The notes beneath the pieces are model-generated. The model did not search any database. It was not told where the DNA came from and saw nothing but the letters and a program-made list of their open reading frames with translations. The translations under genes were made by a program, and so were the position numbers. A DNA stretch of 64,000 nt from sequence record ON470615.2. The stretch is one strand, 5' to 3'. This document shows positions 22,963 to 33,457 of this stretch, piece by piece (positions within the stretch are counted from its first letter, which is position 1; the number at the start of each line of letters is the position of its first letter). This DNA comes from Escherichia phage vB_EcoM-673R5.

Positions 22963-24316
22963 ATGACACACTGCAAAGAAAATACTTGGTATGAGCGTCA
23001 AGGGTACAATACCACCCGCCCGAATGAGATAAGGTCGGAGTATGAACGTGATCTTTCCCGGTTAATCCACTCTTCCGCTTTTAGGAGATTACAATCGAAG
23101 ACGCAGGTGTTGGGATTGGGCGAAAGCGATTTCTACCGTACGCGGCTAACTCACTCTATGGAAGTAGCGCAAATTGGCGGCGGTATCTTGTCTCAGTTGT
23201 CTAAGCGCGATACAGATGAGGGGGTAAATTCTTACCTGACCCAAGCCTGATGCAGGCTATCTGCCTTGCTCATGATATAGGACATCCCCCTTCGGTCATG
23301 GTGGTGAGGTCGCACTAAACTACTGCATGAGATCCTATGGCGGCTTTGAAGGTAACGGGCAGACACTGCGTATACTCTCCAAACTGGATAAGTACACCGA
23401 AACCAATGGGCTGGATCCCACCCGTAGACTTATTTTAGGCGTACTGAAATATCCAGCAAGCTATTCAGAGGTCGTCAATGAGAGGGCTTACAGCCAGTTA
23501 CAGCCAAGAAGCAATGAGTGGTTGTTTAAATCATCCGAATTTAAGCCCCCGAAATGTTACCTGGACTCTGAGGAGAACACTGTTAGATTCGCACTCCAAC
23601 CTTTTGATAGTGATGATGTTAAGTTATTCAAAACGGTAAAAACTACCGCGTTGAATAAGCACAAGGAAACAATATATAAAGCACTGGATACAACGATTAT
23701 GGACTTGGCTGATGAGATATCCTACTCACTCCATGATCTTGAAGACGCAATTTCTCTGAAGATGATCGACAAAAAAATGTGGGAGGAGCACTTCGAGGAC
23801 AAATCCCATTTATTTGCAGCTTGCCAATGCGACTCGTTTAATCTAAAAGCCGATGATGTAGCTGAAAAACTGTTCGGCGAAAGTTATCTACGCAAGGAGT
23901 GCATAGGGACACTTGTTCATCTGATGATCACTAGCGTTAAGCTTGAAGTGCAGAACTCTGATTTCAAAAGTAAAATTTTACGCTATAAAGTGGCACTTCC
24001 TGCCGCGGTAGAAGAGTTACGTAAAGCCATTTTTGAGCTGGTTAGGAACAAAGTTATTCAGCACGAAAACGTCCAACTATTAGAGTTCAAAGGTCAGAAA
24101 CTGATTGTGGAACTATTCAATGTACTGGCAAATGACCCAATACGTTTTCTCCCGACAGAAACTCGAAAGAAATATAATCAAGAGGAAGCAAAAGGTGATG
24201 ATAAAAAAATGCGTGTCATTTGCGACTATGTTTCAGGCATGACAGATGATTACGCTACTCGACTGTATGAGAAAATATTTGTACCGAGAAAAGGCTCTAT
24301 TTTTGATAGACTCTGA
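22963..24316 (+). CDS. dGTPase-family HD phosphohydrolase (dGTP triphosphohydrolase-like); one frameshift near 23250
   Basis: Motifs [24 protein letters not shown] and [15 protein letters not shown] typical of Dgt-type HD hydrolases; ORFs 22864-23250 and 23327-24316; lower GC than backbone. Confidence 0.65.
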
Positions 24317-24482
24317 TTTTTTTCTATTATATAGTACGTAGCCGGGTTCCAGAACCGCATAAAATTAGATCTGGATATAATTCATTTAATTATCTGTTAT
24401 ATGCCAAACATAACGATATATAATAGTGGATTAGATGTTACAACTTGACGCAGAATAAATAGCTTTTATTGGCGCATGATGC

Positions 24483-24508
24483 AAACCCCGCAATGAAGCG
24501 GGGTTTTA
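24483..24508. terminator. bidirectional intrinsic terminator
   Basis: AACCCCGC-aatgaa-GCGGGGTT with flanking A/T runs, between convergent genes. Confidence 0.55.
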
Positions 24509-24523
24509 ACTGTGGTAAATGAG

Positions 24524-24892
24524 TTATAATCTTTTAATCAGGCTCTCAATATTAGTTGGTTCAAAGTAATGCTTATTAACCTCTCCATTTATGAGGAAAC
24601 CGTCTTTTAGTAGTCGGTCTAGCTCACGCTCTGCTTCTTTGTTGAACATACCTGGATATATTCTCTTGTACAACTGAAACGTACCATTCATATTCCTGTA
24701 AGCATTCTCAGCAATTTCAATGGAGATTTCATTTCCGGCGTTAAATACAGGAATGAATATCTCAAGAATATCATTCTTTAACTTCTGTTTAAGTTTCTTT
24801 TTTTCAACAATATTAGAATAAAAGATACCTAAAAAAAATGTGCAGATACCAGGAAGCCAATTATTAACGAAAACCTCAGACAAAGCGTCCAC
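24524..24892 (-). CDS. hypothetical membrane-anchored protein, AT-rich gene
   Basis: 122-aa ORF, N-terminal hydrophobic segment (WLPGICTFFLGIFYSNIV) then charged domain; GC visibly below neighbours. Confidence 0.45.
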   Translation of the reverse strand: MDALSEVFVNNWLPGICTFFLGIFYSNIVEKKKLKQKLKNDILEIFIPVFNAGNEISIEIAENAYRNMNGTFQLYKRIYPGMFNKEAERELDRLLKDGFLINGEVNKHYFEPTNIESLIKRL

Positions 24893-25098
24893 TATCTTAC
24901 TCCAGAGTTAAGATTGATTCTCATAACGCACAAACTCCGTTCAAGGCGATTTTTATATTACAAACTATACATAAACGCTGATCAATATCTCCAGATTTTG
25001 TGTGCCTGTGCATGAATATGCACTAATCATAATCGACCAGAACTTCCGTTAATCGCTAAACTCGAACGATTCTAGCCACATAGACGATCTGTTAGTAT

Positions 25099-25407
25099 CT
25101 AATATACAAACTGATCCACATGATCACCCAAATCATCGTCGTCGTCCTCATCGCCACCATCTACTGCTGGCCAATCAACAAACCAGCCAGCGTAAAGATG
25201 CAGCGTTCGGAGAACATCACTTGCGGGAGCATCAAGGGTGTTAACGAATCCCATATAGCTATTGGGATTTGCTCCAGCTATGGCTTCAGCGATCATGTCC
25301 TCGGTAATGTCACCGGAGATAATGCTTAAACGCCCGGAAACTTCTTCATTATCATCAAATTCGATAATGGCATCTCCACCTAATGGCGCTGCGATTTTAA
25401 TCTGCAT
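25099..25407 (-). CDS. acidic 102-aa protein (darA-operon distal gene)
   Basis: ORF ending in DGGDEDDDDDLGDHVDQFVY; overlaps next gene start. Confidence 0.4.
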   Translation of the reverse strand: MQIKIAAPLGGDAIIEFDDNEEVSGRLSIISGDITEDMIAEAIAGANPNSYMGFVNTLDAPASDVLRTLHLYAGWFVDWPAVDGGDEDDDDDLGDHVDQFVY

Positions 25408-26086
25408 TATTTAGCTCCTTTGCCACACCTAATAACAGTTCCAGCAATCCGTCACCATTCATCAGTGATGCGGCAGCGGCCTCTTTGTCATGATACAACT
25501 GAAGAGCCATAGAGAATACTTCCGTTGCTGACGTTTTGGAAATAGTCGGTGATTTCTGCCGAATTTTCCCGGTGTTACTTACTGAGGCTGGCGGGTATAC
25601 CTTCGCCATATAAATATTACTCAATCGAGATCTGAAGCACCATTCAGGCTTGCCACGCCCACCGATATTGACGAAAGATGGCTTATCCCCTTCAACATTG
25701 GCCTTCAGGAATGACCGGGCTTTCTCTAACAAACCAGGGTTACTGTACTCAAGATGATGACCCAGCTCGTGCCACAGTGCACTTGCATTTTCATCGTTCA
25801 AATTGACAGCAACAACACCATTAAGATTTGCATACGCCCTACCCTTGTGGTGAATTACCCTTGATAAGGTTGATATTTTCCCGCCGGTCAGGCGATAAAT
25901 ATCAGCAAGTTCCTTGCGCAGGTCTATTCCACCATTCTGTCCAGCGCGGGCTTCTTCCACTTCTTCCGTGATAAAAGAGTCGGCCCACTCAAGAGCTTTT
26001 TCTTCAGATACGGATGAGTTGGCAATCGCACTGTTCATGGCAGATAACACTTTCTCGTGGACCGAACCCATACTTTGCTGATTCAT
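25397..26086 (-). CDS. HExxH-motif protein (putative zinc metallopeptidase-like)
   Basis: 229-aa ORF with WHELGHHLEY; start coupled to stop of upstream gene (ATGA). Confidence 0.45.
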   Translation of the reverse strand: MNQQSMGSVHEKVLSAMNSAIANSSVSEEKALEWADSFITEEVEEARAGQNGGIDLRKELADIYRLTGGKISTLSRVIHHKGRAYANLNGVVAVNLNDENASALWHELGHHLEYSNPGLLEKARSFLKANVEGDKPSFVNIGGRGKPEWCFRSRLSNIYMAKVYPPASVSNTGKIRQKSPTISKTSATEVFSMALQLYHDKEAAAASLMNGDGLLELLLGVAKELNNAD

Positions 26087-28113
26087 TTGCCAGCGTGTCT
26101 GCGGGTTATATGAGAATCGCTTAAGTAGTTGGTCAAGCTGCTCAAGTTCTTCTTCACTGACATACCTTTTAGCCTCACCAATAATGCCAGGAGAATATTG
26201 CCGTTAGGATTAAACGCTCGCGAAAGGAAGAGTTTCAGCGCCCCCATGCCCTCCGATGCTTCAATATCACCAATAACCCGGTTAACAATGGCCGCACTCT
26301 TCGGATTAGCATCCGCCAACGCTCTGGCTACGATTTGCAGGGACGATACGACCTCACGCTGCATATCAGTCCTGATCTCATCAATAAACTCTGGCGTTAT
26401 GCCGTGCTCTTTAAGGATATCCCGGCCTTCCGCCGTTACCCCATCGATATCACCGACATGTTTATTAACACGACTTTGCAATGCCTTAAATGCCTTCAGA
26501 ATTCCACGGGCATCATCCGCTTTACTAACGGCCTTCCTGAATGCTGGCAAGAAGTCTGAGTTAACCTCATTTTGTTGATCGGCCCACTGAATGGAGGCTT
26601 CTTTCATCTCGTCCAGAGTCAGATCACCCAACGCGGTATGGTCTGTGAATATGAGCGACAACCTCTGAACCATTTCTGCCAATGGTGATGCCGAATGCGC
26701 CGCGCTAAGGAATGCTTTCACCCTGGTTGGGCGAATGGAAAACCAGTCAATAGCTGGTGGCATATCTCCGTTTTTTATCGCCTGCGCTATCTCGTCAAAG
26801 CCATCGCGCCCAAGGGAGGATGCGTGATTTAACAAGCCGCGAAGTAACGAATTGCTGATACCGAATAATCGGCACCATTTTTTCACGTCGGCAACAGGCA
26901 TTCGAACAAAATGCGCAAGCACTTGTACAAGCTGTTCATCCTGGGGATCTGTGCGGGAAAGCAGCCTGATCAGATGAATAATGTCTTTGATGCCGGATGC
27001 CCGATGTAATAGCAAACTGGTATACGGAGCAACACCGTTGTAACTACCGCCGGAAACGGACTCGAAAAGACCGCCGGATATCCCTTGCATGCCTTCGTTT
27101 TCCAGTTCCTGAGACACCTGGCGAAGGATATCCTGTAACGACACATCGCCGCCGCCAAACATATCCCCCAGCGCCTGGCCCTGGTGCTGTAACTCATCAT
27201 TGATACGTTGAGCCATCAACTTAAAGGCGGTGGCCATACGCTTCGCGCTACGGTTATTCGCGACGATGAACAACGCGAGTGCTTTCACTTCCGGGGCCGT
27301 TTCGCTGAACATATCCCCCTGAGCAATAACATCGGTAATATGCTGGCCTGACTCCTTCGATTGCCTTACCAGGTCTACCGCATCTTTCAATGCCGCCAGC
27401 GCCATTTTATCGAGGCTATCTGCTGTCTCAATGCCATCAACAATAGTTGTCACAGCCTGCTTGTGCGCTTCTCCTGATAAAGCCTGCATCTGGACAAAAT
27501 CATTGGCTGCCGCATTAAGCGCCGTCAGAACATTACGCATATCCGGATCAGGTTCTTCTGCAACCATCCTTACCAGGCGCGCATCCTTATATGCCTTGGC
27601 AAAGATCGCGTTTTGTATACGGTCTACAAGTTGCCGTGTTGGTCGCCCATCTTCAGTTACAAGGCCAGCCGCCTGTGTGGCACCAACTTGCGTCATAAAT
27701 CCGCGAATAAACGCGTCATTACTGCGGCTAAGCAGATCTCCGCTTTCTGACGGGTTAAAAAGCGCCATCATCGCCGGTGTTATGCTGTCGGCATCAACAA
27801 AAGCTTTTTCACTGGCTGCCATTTCCTGAAGATCAGAAATATTTGAGTCCTTGGCAAACTGAACGCGGTCAACCTTAGTTAACCGGCGGCGCACCAGTAC
27901 CGGAGCCGTCATTGATTCAACCTTTTCAGGAGGTATGCCGAATTCGGTCGCATGTTCAATCAGGTACTCATGATACCGATCCGCATTGCCGTCCTGATAG
28001 GCTTTGATGATCCCCATGGTCCGTCCATTACCTGACTCAACGGCATTGTCCTCACCAATTATCGGCGCACCATGGCTGGATAAACCGGAATCAGTAAGCT
28101 GAGCTGGCCGCAA
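26083..28113 (-). CDS. large darA-operon protein (DdrB-like by position)
   Basis: 676-aa ORF; 5' end overlaps ORF 28059-28382 in another frame, so the true N-terminus may lie further upstream. Confidence 0.45.
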   Translation of the reverse strand: MRPAQLTDSGLSSHGAPIIGEDNAVESGNGRTMGIIKAYQDGNADRYHEYLIEHATEFGIPPEKVESMTAPVLVRRRLTKVDRVQFAKDSNISDLQEMAASEKAFVDADSITPAMMALFNPSESGDLLSRSNDAFIRGFMTQVGATQAAGLVTEDGRPTRQLVDRIQNAIFAKAYKDARLVRMVAEEPDPDMRNVLTALNAAANDFVQMQALSGEAHKQAVTTIVDGIETADSLDKMALAALKDAVDLVRQSKESGQHITDVIAQGDMFSETAPEVKALALFIVANNRSAKRMATAFKLMAQRINDELQHQGQALGDMFGGGDVSLQDILRQVSQELENEGMQGISGGLFESVSGGSYNGVAPYTSLLLHRASGIKDIIHLIRLLSRTDPQDEQLVQVLAHFVRMPVADVKKWCRLFGISNSLLRGLLNHASSLGRDGFDEIAQAIKNGDMPPAIDWFSIRPTRVKAFLSAAHSASPLAEMVQRLSLIFTDHTALGDLTLDEMKEASIQWADQQNEVNSDFLPAFRKAVSKADDARGILKAFKALQSRVNKHVGDIDGVTAEGRDILKEHGITPEFIDEIRTDMQREVVSSLQIVARALADANPKSAAIVNRVIGDIEASEGMGALKLFLSRAFNPNGNILLALLVRLKGMSVKKNLSSLTNYLSDSHITRRHAGK

Positions 28114-28382
28114 ATCTTTGGATATCTGGTTAACCTGAAGAAGGCTGGATGCGCGGGTCGGTCGCGCGGCTGAAGTTCCCGGGGATAGTCAGGATTAATT
28201 TTCCCATCCAGAGTATTGGATACCAAAAGAGCTGAGGCATCGACGATATCAAACGCTGTTTTTACCTCGTCTCCCTTCGCTGTCACCACATACGAAACCC
28301 GCCCATAATCGGGCAGGTTCTTTAGCAGCTCGATCAGCGTTTCTATGCTGGTGGCCATTACCACCTGATCGCTTAAGCTCAT
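28059..28382 (-). CDS. hypothetical 107-aa protein or N-terminal piece of the 26083-28113 gene
   Basis: ORF overlapping the next gene by 55 nt in a different frame. Confidence 0.3.
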   Translation of the reverse strand: MSLSDQVVMATSIETLIELLKNLPDYGRVSYVVTAKGDEVKTAFDIVDASALLVSNTLDGKINPDYPRELQPRDRPAHPAFFRLTRYPKICGQLSLLIPVYPAMVRR

Positions 28383-28420
28383 CCCTGTTACGCCTTATGC
28401 TGCCTCTTTAATGTTGGCGG

Positions 28421-28762
28421 CTATCCATGCCGCCGTGTGTGCTGTTTAACCTGGTCCAGGTCGATGTATGTGCCAACATATTGACTCAAATCCTGCAAGG
28501 TACCGATAAATGCATCGGTGCTCTGATCGACGAATTTATCAGCCAGGAAATCAGCAACCAGTTTTGGCACACCATCATGTACCGAAGGTTGTTTTTCCTC
28601 GCCACTACTGCCGCCGGACACACCGTACCCCATCTGTTGCATGATCTGGTCAATTTCATCGCTGATATCCAGCAACTCCATGCCACTCGCGGTAGCCGCT
28701 TTGGACATCAGAGCATCCAACTTATCGCTGAGATCCATTAACTCAATAGCTGATAGTGTCAT
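28421..28762 (-). CDS. hypothetical 113-aa acidic protein
   Basis: ORF in tightly packed operon. Confidence 0.35.
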   Translation of the reverse strand: MTLSAIELMDLSDKLDALMSKAATASGMELLDISDEIDQIMQQMGYGVSGGSSGEEKQPSVHDGVPKLVADFLADKFVDQSTDAFIGTLQDLSQYVGTYIDLDQVKQHTRRHG

Positions 28763-29079
28763 GCCGCTACCCCCGCTTTCTGGATTGCTACCAACAGATC
28801 AGCCAGGTGGCGAGCTGCGCCGTTAACCAGCTCTTCGTTTTCCTCAAAACGTCCGGCAGCCTGAAGGGCTGCAATCGCTTCCCGGACATTGCCCCGGGCG
28901 TTACGGATCTCCGCCATGTCAGTGCTTTGTATATCCATCACGTTATTGAGATATTCAATGGCTTTATTAGCCTCTGCATCTGCTTCGCTAACCGTTTCAT
29001 CAGGCTGTGCCGTGGCCGGTTCTGGCTGAGTAATCTCACCGACTTCGGCCTGCAATGCATTGATCATGCTCTGCACCAT
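28759..29079 (-). CDS. hypothetical 106-aa protein
   Basis: ORF with start overlapping upstream gene end. Confidence 0.35.
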   Translation of the reverse strand: MVQSMINALQAEVGEITQPEPATAQPDETVSEADAEANKAIEYLNNVMDIQSTDMAEIRNARGNVREAIAALQAAGRFEENEELVNGAARHLADLLVAIQKAGVAA

Positions 29080-30609
29080 TTTCTCGGTGCCAGCGCCCCC
29101 AGGAAACGCAATATTGGGGAAAGTTTTTGAAACTGAGTTTTCAGCATTACGCGGAACTCGTCTGGTGAGCTGGTGGCCAGCTCCAGAGCTTTTTGTGCAT
29201 ATTTGCCAAACGGACCATTAGTAAGTGTCTTAGCCAGGAAGTCGAAAGAATCCTCGCGAGGCAATAACTTCAGGTCGTACTCACTCATTTGCTGATCAGA
29301 AAGCGGGGTATCGTAAGTAGTAATGCCGTAGCGTGCATATTCATAATACGGGTCACCTTCATCAGGGCGCGGCAGAATTGCTTTGTTACCTTCAGGTATT
29401 GCGCCGGGGGCCGCCGGACGCATTTGCAGGGCATATCGATATGCACCTACAGAGACTTCTGGTTCAGGCGAAGAGCTACCGGTATCCTCCGCTGGTTCAG
29501 GTTCGACGTTTTCCGGTTTATGTTCTTCTGGTTGGACCAGGTATTCCGATACATTACCCGCTTTATAGGCTTTAAACAGCTTGCCGATCGCATCTGCCAT
29601 GTCCACACCCTGTATGGATTTAGCCTTGATCATGTATACGCTGCCATCCGGATCGGTTAACTGGATATACCCTTCGCCGCCCCCAATGAATTGCTTCATT
29701 GATGCACCATTACTGAGCGTCACTTCCCCGTCCATATGCATACGATTTTTGATACTGGCAAGGCGATCCGTCAGCGCGCGAGAGTGCCCACCAGTCATCC
29801 CCGCTGGAGCAATGGTATCGCGCCCACCAGTGCGATTGAGCTGATCAATCTCCGTCTGCAAACGCTCATTCTCTTCATAAAGAGAATCCGCTTCCGATGC
29901 AACAGCGTTAATTTTCTGCTCCAGATCTGCCTTCTGCCCTTCTACCGCTGCCACCTGATCCGCGAGGTCGCTCATGGCATCCTCTTTCTGGTCACTGTCA
30001 GCCTGTAGTTGGGTTATTTCATCAACAAGGGCTTTTTTCTTCTTCTGCGCACGCTGGAATTTTGCCGAGTTTTTCTCTGCAAGGTTGGCAAGTTTCATGG
30101 TGACCTGCGCCAGCGTCATATCACGTCCACTCATCGGAGCAACGGTGTGAGTAACGTCTTTTTATTCAGTAAGAACTGGAAAGCAACCAGCGTATCGCTA
30201 TTGGTGATCCGGTTTTCCGCTGTCGGGCTATGAAACAGAATGCTGATAGTCTGACCATCACTGAGCGGAATAATGGCTGGCAGGACCGGCAGCCCGTTAA
30301 CGTTCCGTGCCCGGCCAATTTCAGCACCGCCGATCGCGCGCGCGCCGCTCTGGGCCACATCCCCGTTTTATCACTCCCCGCAGAGATTCCGGTACCATTC
30401 AGCTTCTGGTTCAATGCCCGGACAAATGCCTGCATGGTCCGGTGTAACTGCAAACGAGTAGAACTAATCGCCTCCAGTAAATCCGTAGCACACCAGTGGA
30501 TCGGCGTGTCATAGAAGAACGTAGCCTCGATTTCCTCCAGGGTGTTGGATTCCGTCATCAGATAGCGGTCCTCACCGGCCATTAATGCGCGATATTCATC
30601 ATCAGTCAC
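29064..30609 (-). CDS. DarA-like internal head/antirestriction protein; frameshifted
   Basis: ORFs 30166-30609 and 29064-30134; coiled-coil-rich; position between hdf-like gene and ddr genes. Confidence 0.4.
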
Positions 30610-30675
30610 TGGCGGGGAAGCACGTCAAGCCCAGGCTTGATCGTCACCCCTTTATTGATATTGAACTGTTCCATG

Positions 30676-31287
30676 TTAATTTCCTGCTTTCAGTTGCTTA
30701 AGACGGCGTTTGAGTTCGCCATTTCGGGCCTTTTCGTTATTGAGTCGGCCTGTCTCCTTATCCAGCTTCGCCCGCAAATCAGTGATCTGCTGTTGATTGA
30801 AAGACACCGAGTTCTGCGCTGATTTATAAGCGGCAACCACCTGAGCATTCCGCTGTTTTGCCTCTTGCAGGCGCTGAAAGTTGGATTTTACTGCCGGTTT
30901 CTTGTCTACCGGATTGGCAACACGTTTCGCTTTGGCGATCAGTGATTTCTGGAATTTTGCGGAGTTTTTGCGGGCCGCTTGCCCCATGACGGTACCAAGC
31001 GTCTTGATATCCGGCGATTGAGCGTTAGGAATAGCTTTTCCATTCAGCCTCACAGACGATATATCGCCAGTATCGTTTACCTGTATGGCAAGAATTTGTC
31101 CGTCGTTAAGAACCAGCTTTGCGGTTTTAACTTTAACGCCATCTTTCGTTGTTGCGCGGTTGCTGGAGTCAACCTCAATTACCGTAACACCGGTTTTATT
31201 GATCGCCGCGATAAGGGATTTCAGCCCCTTTTCATTAACCTGGTCAAAATCGACCGTTGCATACTTATTTTTCGTCATCTGACACAT
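30676..31287 (-). CDS. Hdf-like protein
   Basis: 203-aa ORF upstream of darA-like gene in lysis/dar operon. Confidence 0.35.
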   Translation of the reverse strand: MCQMTKNKYATVDFDQVNEKGLKSLIAAINKTGVTVIEVDSSNRATTKDGVKVKTAKLVLNDGQILAIQVNDTGDISSVRLNGKAIPNAQSPDIKTLGTVMGQAARKNSAKFQKSLIAKAKRVANPVDKKPAVKSNFQRLQEAKQRNAQVVAAYKSAQNSVSFNQQQITDLRAKLDKETGRLNNEKARNGELKRRLKQLKAGN

Positions 31288-31700
31288 CCTGTGCGAGATT
31301 TATTACGTAACTTCTGCGGATTTGCTGAGTAACAGGGAAAATCCGATACAACGGGTTAATGAACGAGTCGCCATGCGTAACCATGACGTTGAAATGCCAC
31401 AGTCGCTCTCCTTTACCCATATATTCAGTGGGTATGTACAACCATTCACTGTTTTCGCCCTGTTCAGCCGACGTCAAACAACGTTGTTCGCCTTCAATCA
31501 CTGTCGTCGGCTTCTGAACATCGCGGATCAATATCTGACCGTTGCGCCGCGCAAAAACGGGAATTTAGACCGGTATTTGAACGGCACCCGGATGAAACCC
31601 GGTTTAATTTCCACATCACCAAGTTCTAAATGCGTGATGTCCTTGCGTTTTAGCAAATAGCGATCGGCTAAGGCTAACGCAAGAACGCATACACCCCAGC
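31265..31700 (-). CDS. membrane-anchored protein of lysis operon; frameshifted
   Basis: N-terminal piece MIGWGVCVLALALADRYLL... joins ORF 31265-31531. Confidence 0.3.
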
Positions 31701-31703
31701 CAA

Positions 31704-32033
31704 TCATTTCCCGCCTCCCTTTTTCACCAAACTTGTAAGAACATTCAGAATGCTATCGATATTCACTCGTTTCATCCCTGAAATCACCTCATGACCGTTA
31801 TTGCTGGCTATCGTTACCATTAAGTACGTAATGGATAACTCCCAGCCCTCGTGTTGCCCCAATAGGTACGCCACCGCGCCAGCTGTCACTGCAACAAAGA
31901 TCTCCGTAACCAATCCCAACAAATTGCCAGACTGGCGACCGTCTCGGACATCCATCAGGAACGTGCCTATCCCACCAATTACTGAAAGCAGGAGCGCAAT
32001 AGCAACTGGAGCTAATTCCTGTGTGTCAAGCAC
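31704..32033 (-). CDS. holin-like membrane protein (LydA-like)
   Basis: 109 aa with three hydrophobic helices and charged C-terminus; in lysis operon position. Confidence 0.45.
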   Translation of the reverse strand: MLDTQELAPVAIALLLSVIGGIGTFLMDVRDGRQSGNLLGLVTEIFVAVTAGAVAYLLGQHEGWELSITYLMVTIASNNGHEVISGMKRVNIDSILNVLTSLVKKGGGK

Positions 32034-32107
32034 AAGTTCCCTCCTACGTTGTCAGGAGGTAATGGTATGCAAAGTAACTTCTCAACCGGTTATGTTGCAT
32101 AAGAGAC

Positions 32108-32371
32108 TTACCTATTCAACCGACTTTTGGAACCTTCAATAATAAGCCTGCTATTGGCGCTGAAAATAAGAACCATGCAGCTCTGAAGGCTTTCATTCAT
32201 ATCCTTATATTCCGCGAGATACATGCCAATAAAGCCAGCAAGTACGGCGGAAATACATTCGGCCAGCAATTTCTTGCATGAAGACTCGTAACGGTTTTCA
32301 CACAGCCCACTCAAATACGAATACACCCCACCAAGAAGGGATAACATCACGATATGTACATAAAATGTCAT
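32108..32371 (-). CDS. small membrane protein, first gene of operon
   Basis: 87-aa ORF with two hydrophobic segments. Confidence 0.4.
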   Translation of the reverse strand: MTFYVHIVMLSLLGGVYSYLSGLCENRYESSCKKLLAECISAVLAGFIGMYLAEYKDMNESLQSCMVLIFSANSRLIIEGSKSRLNR

Positions 32372-32376
32372 TTTTT

Positions 32377-32398
32377 ACCTATACAACAGTAAGTTGAA
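32377..32398 (-). promoter_or_regulatory. putative late promoter of lysis/darA operon
   Basis: Minus strand CAACTTACT-gttg-TATAGG; resembles the box upstream of R-S-U. Confidence 0.3.
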
Positions 32399-32497
32399 CA
32401 ACATCTGAGAACGGTATGCACTTTGTGATTTCCACACACACTGGTTTTGTTAATTAAAACCTGTAGCTTGCAATAAATAACGATAGTGGGCAGAAAA

Positions 32498-32720
32498 TAT
32501 GCTAATAGGCTATGTACGCATATAGACAAATGAACAAAACACAGCTATGCAGTGAAAAGCACTTGAAAGCGCAGGATGTGAGCTAATTTTTGCGAATAAG
32601 GCGAGCAGCAAAAGGCTGGGCACCCTGGGTTAAAAAGGTTCTGCGTATGCTTTCCAGAGGTGATACCCTAGTCTCGGGCTAGGGACAACATTTCGAGGAC
32701 AGTTTTCATTAGCGGTCAGC
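32498..32720 (+). pseudogene. relic of a second Hin/Cin-family serine invertase (N-terminal fragment, multiple stops)
   Basis: Reads MLIGYVRI*..TNEQNTAMQ*KALESAGCELIFANKASSKRLG..GDTLVS across three frames, paralleling Cin MQIGYIRVSTNDQNTDLQRNALNCAGCELIF. Confidence 0.5.
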
Positions 32721-32804
32721 AGGCGCTAGATACATCGAATTGATGTGCCGCGCGATAAATGTACCTATTCTATCAAGATAAATTACACCGACGCGGCATT
32801 AGAA

Positions 32805-33385
32805 TTACAGCTCAGATTGAGTTTGGCGCTTCTCTACAGGATGATAACGATAAATCGTCGATACACCGATATCGTAAATAATTGCCAACTGTTTCCTGCT
32901 GTAGCCATTTTCGATCAACCTCGCTATTTGCTCATGTTGTTCTTTTGTCAACTTCGGGCGACGTCCGCCAATGCGTCCCTGTTCGCGTGCAGCTGCCAGT
33001 CCGGCCAGTGTTCTCTCAACAATTAATTCACGTTCCATTTCTGCTAAAGCCCCCATGACGTGAAAAAGAAACGCCCCATGGGTGTTGATGTGTCAATACT
33101 GTCTGTCAGACTACGGAAATTAACACCTTTTTCCCGCAACTCCTCTATAAGCGTGATAAGGTGTTTCATACTTCTGCCAAGCCTATCCAGCTTCCAGACA
33201 ACCAGCGTATCTCCTTCTGATAACGTTCTGAGCAGCTTTTTCAAGCCTGGTCTGGCTGACTTTGTTCCGCTTATTTTATCTTCAAAAATCAGTTCACATC
33301 CTGCGCAGTTCAGTGCATTTCTTTGTAAATCTGTGTTTTGGTCATTTGTTGACACACGAATGTAGCCAATTTGCATGAAAAACAA
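32805..33385 (-). CDS. cin: Cin-family serine DNA invertase; one frameshift near 33050
   Basis: MQIGYIRVSTNDQNTDLQ...GDTLVVWKLDRLGRS catalytic domain plus C-terminal HTH (SRKQLAIIYDIGVSTIYRY); ORFs 33044-33385 and 32805-33056. Confidence 0.8.
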
Positions 33386-33435
33386 CCTCTTTGTTTAGTT
33401 AAAAATACATCGTTGGTATAGGTAGGGATTAAGAC

Positions 33436-33457
33436 TAAAACGTTGGTTTGGGGAAGG
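33436..33457 (+). repeat. cix-like crossover site 1
   Basis: TAAAACGTTGGTTTGGGGAAGG; imperfect dyad around central TT. Confidence 0.5.
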
